Assembly (NCBI RefSeq): GCF_021028975.2
Contig: NC_059427.1
Coordinates: forward strand, 5,022,001 to 5,086,000
DNA: 64,000 nt
Source: Sphaerodactylus townsendi
Lineage: Eukaryota
Direction: 5' to 3'
This document shows, piece after piece, positions 1-13,488 of the stretch. Every line of letters begins with the position of its first letter. Within the stretch, counting starts at the first letter, position 1. The notes under the pieces were generated by a model that ran no database searches, was not told the DNA's origin, and was given only the letters and a program-made list of their open reading frames with translations. The position numbers were made by a program, and so were the translations under genes.

Positions 1-416
1 AGACTACAATGAACTTTTATAAGTCTGGAGCTCATTCAGGTGTAAAGCTGAGCTCCAAACTGTGTCCTGTGATTACAGTCAGTTCTGTGTTCAAATTCTG
101 GAAGAGACTTGCCAGATGTCTATCTAGCCCAGTCTCCTATTTTACTAAGTGATCAACTAGAGTCCCTGCAAGATTCACCAGAAGAGCAGCACATCCCAAA
201 CATCTCTCTTCAGAGAGATGCTTCCTCTAAACATGAAGGTTCCACTGAACCACTTTGTATCTGATGGAATGACCCTCCAAGAAAGCATCAACTGCTGACT
301 AGGGTTTGTCTCCCCTTTACATGATTCTTGTTCTCTTGTTATGAAGAGCAGTTAATAACCTTCGTTTTAAAAACTCAGTTCAAGATCTTTACCATCCTCT
401 TTTCTCTTTATTCCAG

Positions 417-1513
417 AGGATAATGGGCTCCAGAACAAGTCCAAGGGAGAACTGCGACACTGCCTATTTGATGACAAACAGCAGAAAAGAAACATTGGAA
501 CAAAATGGAAGAGAGCTTCTCAGGATGCTGAATCCCAGGGGTTTGATACGCACAGAAGAATTAACACAGGGGAGAAACCATATAAATGCTTAGAATGTGG
601 AAAAAGCTTTGATCAGAGTTCACAGCTTACTAAACATCAACATAACCATTCTGGGGAGAAACCATATAAATGCCTGCAGTGTGGAAAAAACTTTTCTTGG
701 AGTTCAAACCATAATACCCACCAATGTGTACATACTGAGGGGAAACCATATAAATGCCTGGAGTGTGGAAAGAACTGTGCCCATAGTTCACAGCTTATCA
801 TCCATCAACGTATCCACACAGGAGAGAAACCATATAAATGTTTGCAGTGTGGAAAAAGCTTTGCTCAGAGTTCACAGCTTATTATCCACCAATTTATCCA
901 CACTGGGGAGAAACCTTATAAATGTCCGGAATGTGGAAAGAGCTTTGCTCGGAATGACAACCTAGCTACCCATCGACGAATCCACACTGGGGAAAAACCA
1001 TATAAATGCTTGCAGTGTGGAAATAGCTTTACTCGGAGTATAGATCTTAGGGCCCACCAGTGCATCCACACTGGGGATAAACCACATAAATGCTTGCAGT
1101 GTGGGAAGAGTTTTCTTCAGAATTCACAGCTTATTATCCATCAGCGTATCCACACTGGGGAGAAACCATATAAATGCTTGGAATGTGGGAAGACCTTTGC
1201 TCGGAGTGACAACCTAGTTGCTCATCGACGAATCCACACTCGGGAGAAACCATACCAGTGCTTGGAGTGTGGAAAGAGCTTTGCTCACAAGATTCACCTT
1301 ATTGCCCATCAAAGTATCCATGCTGGAGATAAACCACATAAATGTTTACAGTGTGAGAAGAGTTTTGCTCAGAATTCACGGCTTATTATCCATCAACGTA
1401 TCCACACTGGGGAGAAACCATATAAATGCTTGGACTGTGAAAAGAGTTTTGCTCGGAGTGACAAGCTAAAAATCCATCAACGAATCCACACAGAGCGGGA
1501 GGCAACCACATAA
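417..1513 (+). CDS. Gene A: terminal exon of a C2H2 zinc-finger gene (11 fingers); upstream exons lie outside the window
   Basis: Polypyrimidine tract and TTCCAG acceptor at 411-416. The phase-1 frame is open from 417 (DNGLQNKSKGE...) and runs into ORF 842..1513, with repeated CxxC...HxxxH motifs and TGEKPY linkers. Confidence 0.9.
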
Positions 1514-1620
1514 ATGCTTGGGATATGAAAGGAGCTTTGCTCAAAACAATTAGCTGAAGATACACCAAAGAATTCATGCAGAGGAGAAATTGTATAAATG
1601 TTTACAATATTGCAATATCT

Positions 1621-1800
1621 TAAGAACATAAGAACAAGCCAGCTGGATCAGACCAGAGTCCATCTAGTCCAGCTCTCTGCTACTCGCAGTGGCCCACCAG
1701 GTGCCATTGGGAGCTCACATGCAGGATGTGAAACCAATGGCCTTCTGCGGCTGTTGCTCCTGAGCACCTGGGCTGTTAAGGCATTTGCAATCTCAGATCT
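1621..1800 (-). mobile_element. CR1-type LINE 3' end with (TTCTTATG)n tail; other copies at ~4130-4305, 20228-20460, 27705-27797, 34760-35000, 45690-45915, 57480-57832
   Basis: GGACTAGATGGACTCTGGTCTGATCCAGC...TTCTTATGTTCTTA recurs across the window. Confidence 0.75.
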
Positions 1801-2827
1801 TCAGCTTCAAGCCCAACCTTTCCAGAGATCATCATCTAGAGGTTTTGTGTCAAATCAGGCCTGTGTTGAACTGTTGAACTGTTATTGATTAAGGCATGTT
1901 GAATTCTCAGCTAAAGTATGTGAAATAAAGTTTATTACAACATGCGAGTTATCTGTCCTCCCCTGTGAAGAAAACTTATGGAGGATTGTCACAGACCTTT
2001 AGGGTTGATTGATTGTCCTGTTTAGGACTGCTTGCTCAGCTAACCATATTTGATGATAGTTTGTCTCCTGAGTGAACAGTTTTTTCTCCTGCCAAAAGAG
2101 TGATAGCTATAATGGATGAGCTAAAGGCCAGCGCAATCATCCTTTATGACAATCTGTATCTAACATCTTATTTATAACTAGCATCATACCTCATCTTTTT
2201 CTCCAGTGGGGGCCCAAAGTAGTTTACGTCGTTTTCTTCTCTATTTTATCCTAACAGTCAGCCAGCAAGAGCTAGAGCTGGGATTTGAACTTGGATCTCC
2301 TAGAGCCTAGACAGACCCTCTGACCACTGCACAACACTGACTGATACCTCAGAGAGAATTCTTAAATCTGCTTTATTTTGTATGGGAGGGATATCATCCC
2401 TCTCCCGTTTGTGTTGCCTTTCTCCCCAGTGTGGACTGATAGCACCTTCCTTTGTTCTTCTTGCTCCTGCTTATAATCCCTGTTAGGTGGTCTGGGGGTT
2501 CAGGCCTGAATGTTTTGATCCTAGTCTGCCATTCTGGTGGCTATAATACACAGGCTCTGACAGATCAGGGAAATGGCTAAACACCCTTTGTTTTGTAACT
2601 GAGTGGATATTTTCTACCGTTCTTACCTGTGTGCTTGCCACCCCTGGGTTCTCGGGAGTAAACTTTTGCTTCTGTTAGCAATAGAAGAATGTTGTCAAGA
2701 TGGTCTGTACCAGAAGGTCCTAATTCCCCTAATTTTTGGCACTGTAACTCTCACTTCCATAACGAATCTGGTAGCCAATTTTGAATCACATATAGCTCTG
2801 CATTGGGGAGGGCAGGTGGCACAGTTC

Positions 2828-3126
2828 AACAATGACAAACTTTTTGGGCTCAGCATGTCAAAAATTTGGAAAATGTCTAACTTGACTCTGCTGGAGTGTC
2901 ACCCTCCCTTATCGAACAAAAAAAACACCCAATTTTTCATTTTAAAAAATACAGTCCAGTCATCTGTGGTGCTATGTATTATATAAAGAAAGGTCAATTA
3001 ATTACAAAAATGACCCAAACTAAAACAGGGAGAGTAGTTGTCAGGAATTGGTGAATGCTGCTGTGTCACCCAAAATGCTGTGGCATGTCTCCTTTGATAC
3101 ACATATCACCGGTTTGGCATCACTGG
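2828..3126. mobile_element. Degenerate non-autonomous DNA transposon (hAT-like); second copy at ~36443-37210 is interrupted by an LTR
   Basis: Terminal GGTTTGGCATCACTG (reverse complement CAGTGATGCCAAACC). Colinear similarity to 36443-36582 plus 37055-37210. Confidence 0.55.
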
Positions 3127-3160
3127 TATAGTTTGATCTCATCAGATCAGATCTCGGAAG

Positions 3161-3412
3161 GAGTCTGAAAGCAGTTTACAGATTCCTTCTTTCCCTCTCC
3201 CCCCAACAACACCTTGTGAGGAAGTTGGGGTTAAGAGAGTTCAGAAAGAACTGTGACTAGCCCAAGGTCATCCAGCAGGAATGTAGGAGTGGGAAAAACA
3301 ATCTAGTCCACCAAATAAGAGTCCATCACTCATGTGGAGGAGTGGGGCGTCAGCCCCCCAATCCTCCAGATTAGAGTCCGCTGCTCTTAACCACCACACC
3401 ATACTGGCTCTC
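3161..3412 (-). mobile_element. tRNA-head CORE-type SINE (MIR/Squam3-like); further copies at ~12597-12877, 15722-16008, 34481-34755, 37650-37973, 46466-46713, 62123-62445
   Basis: Pol III A/B boxes (TGGTGTAGTGG / GGTTTGATTCC in the better-preserved copies), core GGGTGACCTTGGGCTAGTCAC...CCTCACAGGG, simple-repeat tail. Confidence 0.8.
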
Positions 3413-4990
3413 ATCCAGAAAACTAGACACCCCTCCTGTCCCCATAGACTCCCTCCTCCCCCACCTGTTTTCAATTACCTTGGAGAAGTCAAGGCACTTT
3501 TTTTCTGTCACAGCCTTCCCCCTTCCCAACCACTGGTCCTCTCTTTGACGTTACCAGGCTCACAACTGTGCTCCAGGCATGAAGCCCCAGTCAAGATGGA
3601 CTGTCTTGACAGAAATCCTAAAATTTGCCAAGGCTGAAGAGTGCCTTTGTTGAATCTAACCACTCTTCCACTTCAGTTCCACCAGGTGTTATTCCAGGGC
3701 TTGGATGATTATCTGGAAAATGTCGGCCCAGTGGGAAAATCTATCGCAAGATCCTAGGCCTATAAGTGGGAATGGGGTGCCAGCTCAAGAATGAGAAATC
3801 CAACCTTCCAGAATTTGGTGCCTTGACTCAGGAGCTTCTGATGTTAGCTCTTGGCTATTTCCACTGAAGGAGTGACTACAACCGGCTGTGGGTGAATTCC
3901 CTTCACTGAACAGCCATCAATGAAACCACACTTGCTGCATGGAGCATTTTGGAACATGCCAGATCCTGGATAGATGCAGGGTGAAATTGGAGCTAGTCCA
4001 TAAGAGAATGTAGGCAGAGACAGGCTTTGAGGGGAGCGTGGAGTGGATCTTAGAAGAGTGCAAAGCAATAAGGAAAGATGGGAGAGGTTGAAAGGAGATT
4101 GGGGAAGGGGGTGGGGGGAGAACACATCCACACTCAGAGGCAGTCAACCTCTGGATCCCGGTACCAGGAGGCAACATCAGGGGAAGACCTCAGGTGGTAT
4201 GCCCTATTGTTGGCCCTCCAGAGGAATTGGTTGGCCACTGTGTGAGACAGGACTCTGGACTAGATGGACCACTTGTCTGATCCACCGTCTCTCTTCTTAT
4301 GCCAACTAGTACCAGAGAAAACATTTTCACATGACAAAACTTTCCTCATGCAAAAGAAACACCTTCTTTGTGAAATATATGAAGCTTACATCCTTGACTA
4401 GCCAACAATAGCTCCCAAGAACTTAATGAACACATTAAAACATGCAAAACTTGGAATCAAGTTGGGAAACCTCGCTCCTGTTTGAACCATTTATTTTACC
4501 ATCACAAACATTTAACAGGCTAACAGAATTAATTTGACCATAAATTTAGTGAATCAGAGCTCACCTCATCTAATAAATCTTATTAGGTTTTATATTCACA
4601 ACAGACAGGCATTGGGGGCGGATGGGAGCAAATGTTACAAAGAAAGACAGTTTAAAATAAGATCTAACTAGTTTATTCAAAGTGAATGAGGGTTGTGTTT
4701 ATAAAAACAAATTAGAATTAGCATAAAATCTAATGCCAGATAAGCACATACAATAGAGGAAGAAGAATAGGACATTACTGAAGGACATACACGATATTAA
4801 AACCTATACTGCATGTTCTCAGACAGGAAACTTCAAAGAGAGAAGATGAAATTTGCTGAACTCATTATAAAGTTCACAACTATTTACCCACCTACATCAA
4901 CCAAGTACTTAGGAGCAATTTGGGTATCCTCCACTATTATAGGTGCTAAAGTCTTACAAAGAAAAAAAGCAGTGAAAACAATAAATAATA

Positions 4991-5444
4991 TGGGGTGCTG
5001 TGTGGTTTCTGGGCTGTATGGCCGTGTTCTAGCAGCATTCTCTCCTGACGTTTCGCCTGCATCTGTGGCTGGCATCTTCAGAGGATCTGATAGTTGGAAA
5101 GGAAATCAAGTGGAGTATATACAATTTCAACAGAAAGGAAGAAACCATGAAAATAAACAGAGTTTGGCTGCCAGTTTTGAAAAACACTAGAGGCAAGACA
5201 GTGATTAATCAGCTCCACACAGGCACAGGATGACTACAGATGATCAAAGGGAACAAAGGCCAGACTACTTCTATTCAGATGCCTCACCTATTGACCTTGC
5301 TATCTCCATTGTTACTCACTTGCCAGGCCACTCCTATTCAGATGCCCTCACCTATTGACCTTTACTCACAGGTATATATACTCCACTTGCCCGGAAACCA
5401 CACAGGATCCCAGTGATTCCGGCCGTGAAAGCCTTCGACAATAC
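4991..5444 (+). mobile_element. Penelope-like element, 5'-truncated with inverted terminal copy
   Basis: ORF C-terminus NFNRKEETMKINRVWLPVLKN from 5123 (GIY-YIG end typical of reptile PLEs). 3' end GGCCGTGAAAGCCTTCGACAATAC. Inverted copy at 4991-5121. Flanking duplication ACAATAAATAATATG. Confidence 0.8.
5043..5085 (-). ncRNA. Minimal type I hammerhead ribozyme motif (PLE-associated)
   Basis: UCCU-CUGAAGA-UGCCAGCCACAGAUGCAGGC-GAAA-CGUC-AGGA: complete CUGANGA/GAAA core, 4-bp stem I, palindromic ACGU helix III, GUC triplet. Confidence 0.75.
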
Positions 5445-5929
5445 AATAAATAATATGCACCCAAGTTTACAATATCCATGAAATATGTTCCACCAACAGT
5501 CAGATCAAAATAATTTTATTATTTATTTTAATACCCCACTCTCCTTGTCAAAGTGGGTTCAGAGCAGCTTCCAAGACATATAATTACATTTCTTTCTTTA
5601 TTAGTCTTGTATGCCACCCTTCCCCTGAATTTAAATATCATTTAAACAATAAAACATCATAAACAAGATAGTGATAATGTAAAAAACAAGATGATAATGT
5701 ATTTAAAAAGCCTATGATGCTACAACATGCCCAAGGGTGGGTGACAACTACTATAGGTCTGGCAGAAAAGCTCCATCTTGCAGCCCCTGTGGAATTAAGT
5801 CCCACGGGGCCCTGGTCTCATTTGGTAGAGCATTTCAAACATTTTTATGCTACCTTGAGCCCCATGACGCGAATGGTAAACTGCAGTACTGCAGTCAAAC
5901 CTCTGTTCATGACCTAAGTTTGATTCTGA

Positions 5930-6130
5930 TGGAGTTGGTTTCAGGTAGCAGGCTCAAGGTTGACTTACCCTTCTATCCTTCTGAGGTCAGTAAAACAAGT
6001 ACCCAGCTTTCTGGAGCTAAAGTGTAGATGGTTGGGGAAGGCAATGGCAAACCACTCTGTAAACATAGTATGCCTAATAAACGTTGTGATTTGACACCAC
6101 CCCGTGTGTCTGTAACAACCTTTACCTTTT
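5930..6130 (+). mobile_element. Sauria-SINE-like fragment; another on the - strand at ~63790-63950
   Basis: GGCTCAAGGTTGACT...GAGGTCAGTAAAA...GTACCCAGC, GAAGGCAATGGCAAACCAC, ACCTTT tail. Confidence 0.65.
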
Positions 6131-6713
6131 CTCCCTACCCAATCAAAGTCCACAAGGCAGTGAACATTAAAAAAAAAATCTGAGCAATGAAACCACAATT
6201 AAAATTATACCTGAACTGAGGATGTGAGCGTGTAGGTTTGTACAGGAGAAGCTGGTCTTAAAGTAATGCTATCTTTCTGAAATAAATAGACATACATACA
6301 CACAAAGCCCAATCTATGTTTTCTGTCATCTTCTAAGGCTTAAGAAACAGACTCTGTGCCACTAGTTAGCCAACAAGGGATCAGATTCAGCTCTCTCCAG
6401 GAGCTCTCTCCTCCCCATGGGCATAGGACTAATTCCTATTTGCTTTCCCTGCAAATCTGAAGTTTTGTCATTCTGTCTCAACAGTGGCTGAAACTTGGTT
6501 TCAAATCATGCAGCCAGGGACACTGAGAGAAGTTTCATCTCTGAACACAGAGGTTCACAGATGGACTTTTAAATGCTGCAGCTTTAAGTTTTACTAGCCT
6601 ATTACAGTTAAACACAGTTTAGAAGTATAGAGTGGAAGGCAAGAGATGAGAAAAAGAGGAAGAGTTTGGATTTATACGGCTTTTCTTCAAGCATAAAAAA
6701 AAAGAGTCTCAGA

Positions 6714-7272
6714 GGCGTTTCATACTCAAGACGTAAGTTTATGAGCTCAGGGAACGGTAAAGCACCGCTCCCAGGGACCTATTTCAAGACTGGCGGCTGC
6801 TAAGCTAAGCAGCAGCGCCTCGGACAACATCGCTCCCCTCAGGGCCCAAGTCTAGGCGCCCTGAAAAACAACCCTTTAAAGGGTTGTTTTCCCGCAACAG
6901 CGATGTTCAGCCCGTGGATAACGCTTTTACCAGCACCACCAGGAACAAACGCTGTTCCTTCCCTGTCCCACTCACCTTGTCCCGTCGTTGGCCTGCTGGC
7001 GATTGAGCCATGTTGCTCAGCTGTCCTCGCCGACCTCCTGGAGGGTCAGGAAGAGGGCAGCGATGAAGCCGAGGGCCGACGACCAGCAGGCTTCCACGAC
7101 TGAGGACAGCGCAATGAACGGGAAGGGGAACAACTCCATCGCCGAGACGCCTCGCCGACTACCGGGTTTCGAGGTCGCTCTCCGGAGAGCTATACGGCGT
7201 CGAGCGACCTCCGCCTCCCAGCTTTCGGCAGAATTCTTGCGGTGGTGTTTTAGCGACCGTGCAGAAACGGCC
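6714..7272. mobile_element. CpG-rich PIF/Harbinger-like MITE inserted in a SINE 3' part
   Basis: Right end GTGCAGAAACGGCC, degenerate left end GGCGTTTC. Splits the SINE sequence GAGTCTC|...|CTTACAAACTCC. Related to 30839-31367. Confidence 0.65.
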
Positions 7273-8211
7273 AAAGGTACTTACAAACTCCTTCCCTTCC
7301 TCTCCCCACAACAGGGAAATGAATGTATTCACCTTTGATTTGTATCCTTGCTCTTTCTGATGTTTAGACAGATGGTGTGTACTCTTTTTATGTTTCTTTA
7401 TTAAAATCCCTTATATTTTGAAAGCTCATAAGCCTGATCTCTGTAAATACACCACGTTATCTAAGAGCAATAAAAGGGATTGGGCAGCAGATAAGACATC
7501 CCCGGACAGAAATTGCTTGGGGCACTAGCTGGCATGAGAGAAACAGATAGTAGCAACTAGGCAGAGAATCCCAGTGGCTATGCAGATGCATAACTTTAGA
7601 TCTGCAAATCCATCTAGTAGGACATACTCACAGATTTACCAGTGCCTCATACGGCGCTGCCTTATAATGAATCAGACCATCTGTCTATCAGAATTGTCTA
7701 CTCAGACTGGCAACAGCTCTCCAGGGTTTCAGGTGAGAATCTTTCACATTATCTACTGCTTTGTTCTTTTAACTGAAGTTGCCAGGAATTGAATCGAGGA
7801 CCTTCTGCAAGCAAAGCAGAGTTTATTCCATTGAGCCACAGCCCTCCCCAAGTGAGAGTTTCAAGGTTACCTTGCAGGCTTCCATGACTGAGAAGGGGAT
7901 TCTTACCCACTTGTCCCAGATTCGAGTTGCAGGTTCTAGACCCACAGTTTAACAACTACACCGTGAGAGAAAAGCTTGGTACATTACCAAGGGAAATGAG
8001 CAGCATTGTAAAGTAGGGTGACAAGGTTTTCCAGGCTCCCAGAACCCAGACTAAATGGGACTTCCATTTCTTTGCACACTTCAATGAACATCCCATAAAA
8101 AAGCATTTGTGAATTTCCCTCCATGTCAGTTCTCACAGTTACATGCAAACTCTTTTCGCCCAAGTGAATTCTTTATTTGTTGACAGGAACTTTCCCCTAG
8201 TCTAGGGTTTT

Positions 8212-9942
<1,731 letters not shown>

Positions 9943-10244
9943 TCAACTTCTGAGGAGAATTACAGAACACAAGAGATGTATCTGTCAGGATAGCCCTTCA
10001 AAAGCTTCAGCGGGAGATGCTTCTGACAGAAATGAAGCTATGAACTAAACAATATCATCCTTGGGATAGTCACTAACTATCAATTCTTTTTCCAGCTCAG
10101 GATGGAAGACTTGTCACAATCTATAGCTGAAAACTAGTTGATTTTATTTCTTCTCGAGGGGGTGGGGGGGGGGTCCAGAAGTTGTGCTCTGCCCCAGTCA
10201 TTTCTGCAACAATCCTGCCAGCCCCTCTAATTTTGGCAGTCTAT

Positions 10245-10247
<3 letters not shown>

Positions 10248-10293
<46 letters not shown>
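10248..10293. repeat. (CT)n microsatellite
   Basis: Directly visible in the sequence. Confidence 0.95.
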
Positions 10294-10298
<5 letters not shown>

Positions 10299-10527
10299 GT
10301 CTATTGTGCCCCTGGACCACCAACATCATAAAGAACCTTTATTGGCATAATAGTGCATCAACAACAACCTTTATTGGCATAACCCTGGACCAGTGCATTA
10401 GTTTTAACCTAGGAAGTCCCACCATCCACTTCCTGCCATGAGACCATCTGCCTCAAGAAATCTGTAAAGAAGCAAAGGAATGATACTGAAAGGACTTAAT
10501 TTGCTGGAGTTATAAATTGAGATACTC

Positions 10528-10658
10528 AGCTGGCTGCTGTGGGTCTTCTGGGCTATTTGGTCATGATCTGGTAGTAGTTACCAGACCACAGCCACAGAGT
10601 CTGGAAAACCTACAACAGCCAAATTGATTCCAGCAGTGAAAGCCTTTGACAATACATT
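10528..10658. mobile_element. Penelope-derived fold-back remnant with the hammerhead deleted, just inside gene B intron 2
   Basis: CTGGTAG...TACCAGACCAC inverted arms and GTGAAAGCCTTTGACAATAC end. Confidence 0.65.
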
Positions 10659-10672
10659 GAGATTATACTTAC

Positions 10673-10790
10673 TTTTATCAACCCTATTTTGCAAGGAAAT
10701 ATCCTTGGGCAATCTTCCTGGAGAATCCACAAGCATTTCTCTTGGCTCCAGGCTTTCTTGTAGGAAGTTCTTCTCTTTGACATCTGTCAT
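10673..10790 (-). CDS. Gene B exon 2 coding part (MTDVKEKNFLQESLEPREMLVDSPGRLPKDISLQNRVDK); exon starts at 10801
   Basis: Acceptor CCCAAAG|GT, accATGa start context, donor A|GTAAGT. The 118 nt (39 codons + 1) match the phase of exon 3. Homologous exons are present in C-F. Confidence 0.8.
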
Positions 10791-11455
10791 GGTTCATTCA
10801 CCTTTGGGAGACATGGAAGATGATAAGAGCCCTCAAGTGTCATTCTAGCATGATGAAGAATTCTATTCACACCCACTCTAGAGACCTACTGAGCCTGGAG
10901 CGTTAAAGCCTCATTATCTGAATACAGCACCATATTCTGCTAAAAAAAACCCCACACAACTCACGGAGAGAAACTTATTTCTTGCAGCACAATGAAATAT
11001 TATCAGATTAGAGTTTTCCCAGCAGAACAGACCAAGAATTTGTTTGAGTTAATGAGGGTTTTTTTGCAAAATAAAGCATTACTCTCTTTATCATTTTGCC
11101 CCAGGCGCCATTTTCTCCCCCTTCACCCCAGGGATATAGATTACAATATAGTGATCCAATAACAAAAGAATCAAAAACTGTACAATAAAATACAAAAAAA
11201 GAAGAGATAGCCCTCCCCAGATGATCTTAGTAAATGGGCAGGTTTCTATGGGAGGAGGTATTCCTTCAGGTAACCTGCCCCAATGCAATCTCGATCATTT
11301 CAGGGAGCTTGGTTTCCCAGCTCCCTCTCAGCTCTTTGAGAGAGTCGCCAGCAGGTGGAGACTTCCACAGGATGTTCTGGAACTCAATGGGGTCCATAAA
11401 TCTCTGTGGGCGGGCCCAGATATGCCCATTGCCTATGCTGGGGGGTGGGGGGGAA

Positions 11456-12370
11456 TAGTGATTTAAATCCTGACCTTAGGAGCGAAGAAATCAGACCATG
11501 GCACTCTATCTATAGGATAGAACCACATCCACACCTGCCCCAAAGATCAAATCCAGAGTGGAGCCTCCTTGATGATGTTCATAAGGGATTGACCTAGCAT
11601 CGCCATGGATGACACTAGATCTGTGGCCACTGAAGATGAGGTCAAGTCTACATGGGCATTGAAGTCCTCCAACACTATAAGTTTGGGAAACCTCAATGCC
11701 CACTTTGACACAACCTCCAGGAGCTGTGGCACGCTGTGTGCTAGGCAACCAGTAGTGTGCTAGGCAACCAGTTGGTGTGCTAGGTGACCAGTGTGTGCTA
11801 GGCGATCAGTTGGTGTGCTAGGCGATCAGTTGGTGTGCTAGGCGACCAGTAGACCAACAAGACAGCCAGTCTCTCCTCTGAGTCCCAGTGGAAGCCTAAA
11901 TACTCTACACTGGTGATCGGCAGGACAGGGGTTGCTTGAAAGGGGGTTGAATACCCAGGTGAGTATCGCCACTTCACACACACACACACCTGCCCTGTGT
12001 CCGGGGTTGGTGGATTGCCACAAAGCCTTGGAGGGGTGTGTGTGAGCTCATTGAGGGCAACAGTTTCCCCTTCCCTCACCCGGGTCTCAGTGACACATGC
12101 CAAGGTTACCTGCTGTTCCTCCAGAGAATCCCAGAGAACAGTGGTTTTATTATTGATGGACCTGGCATTTATCAACACCAGCAACAGAGTAGGGTTATTA
12201 AGCCCCATCCTGCCACTCACATGCTGCAGGATAGGGCTCGGGTTAGACAGAGAGCAAGCTTTACCACATCTCACTCTCTGTCTATCATGTGGCCTGCCCC
12301 TACCACTACATCTACCCCACCCTATTATCACTGGGATCCCGGATCCCATCCTGGCCTCCACATGGGGAAC
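11456..12370 (-). mobile_element. L2/CR1-clade LINE fragment encoding a decayed AP-endonuclease domain (gene B intron 1)
   Basis: LINARSINNK, CVTET, LLVYWSPS and LIVLEDFNAH motifs in ORFs 11798..12361 and 11547..11732. Confidence 0.8.
11736..11850. repeat. ~19-bp minisatellite x6 (GTGTGCTAGGCRAYCAGTT)
   Basis: Directly visible; lies inside the LINE fragment. Confidence 0.9.
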
Positions 12371-13191
12371 AATTCACAAAGCTCAAACCAATATTACACA
12401 TGTCTCTGTGCACACATGGATAATTTAAAAGCTATTACTTAAAACCTAATGTTAAAACCTATCATTTGAGTCCCTGGAGCAGCTCACTCGTGCACACCCC
12501 TCAGCCTGCTCCGCCTGCAACACACAGTCTTTACCAGATTTTTTCTGCTAAAGAAGAAGAAGAGAGGAGGAGGAGGAGGAGGAGGAGGAGGAGGAGAAGG
12601 AGTTTGGATTTATGTCCCACCCTTTTCTCCAGTAAGGAGACTCAAGGTGGCTTCCAAGATTCTTTCCCCTCCTCTCCCCACAACAGACACCTTGTGAGGT
12701 AGGTGGGGCTGGGAGAGTTTGGAGCAGTGAGCCCAAGGTCACCCAGCAGGAATGTAGGAAGGGGGAAACAAATCCAGTTCACCAAATAAGAGTCTGCCAC
12801 TCAAGTGGAGGAGTGAGGAATCAAACCCGGTTCTCCAGAGTAGAATCCAACTGCTTTTGACCATTACACCACGCTGGATACCCTCCCCCCACTGTGGATG
12901 TTATCTCCTCTGACCACCACCACCACCACCACCACCACCACCCTTCTTCTGCCTTCAGCTACAAGAAGAGGATGTGTAGAACACATCTGTTGGGAAAAAG
13001 ACCCAATGAGAGACAGTGAAAGGGGTTTGACGCCAGTGGGGGGTGGGGGGGGGGTGGGGGGGGTGGGGGGTGGGAAGCAAGACTTCTCCTCTTGTAGTTC
13101 AGCAGCTGCCAGTCTTTTCTCTCCGCTGGAGGTCTTGCAACCCACCCACAGAAATCACCCCTTTCTCCCTCCCAAGCCCCTTTGAACTCAC

Positions 13192-13345
13192 CAGATGCCT
13201 CCCAGTCTCTGGAGCATCAGTCAGAGGCTGCCTTGGCCTGGACTGGAAGAGAATCAGAATAAAGGACTTTTTGCAGCAAATCCCCCCTACACCCCCTCCC
13301 CATGCCAGTCTAGGAATGAAACTCGGTCTCCTTAACCCTTGCATG
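13192..13345 (-). promoter_or_regulatory. Gene B putative non-coding exon 1 / core promoter block
   Basis: Conserved block AAGGGTTAAGGAGAC...CTAGAC...CTG|GTGAGT, found once upstream of each paralog in gene orientation. The TSS itself is not determinable. Confidence 0.6.
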
Positions 13346-13488
13346 CATTGCATTTCATGCATATAGTGAAGCAAGCGTTTAGGCTGGAATAACTTTCATC
13401 CGTTAGCCTGGCGATGTGGTTAGTTATGGGAGACTGGGTTTAAACCCTCACGCTGTCATGGAGACTTAATGGGTGGTTATGGTTACTA

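Noticed and set aside
6714-7338. CpG-rich stretch with overlapping ORFs as a CpG-island promoter or exon (also 30753-31341 and 62510-63327)
   Set aside because: Bounded by TIR-like ends and TSDs and inserted into other repeats, so these are MITEs; the ORFs reflect GC richness.
11736-11850. CRISPR-like array
   Set aside because: Head-to-tail repeats without spacers, in eukaryotic DNA.
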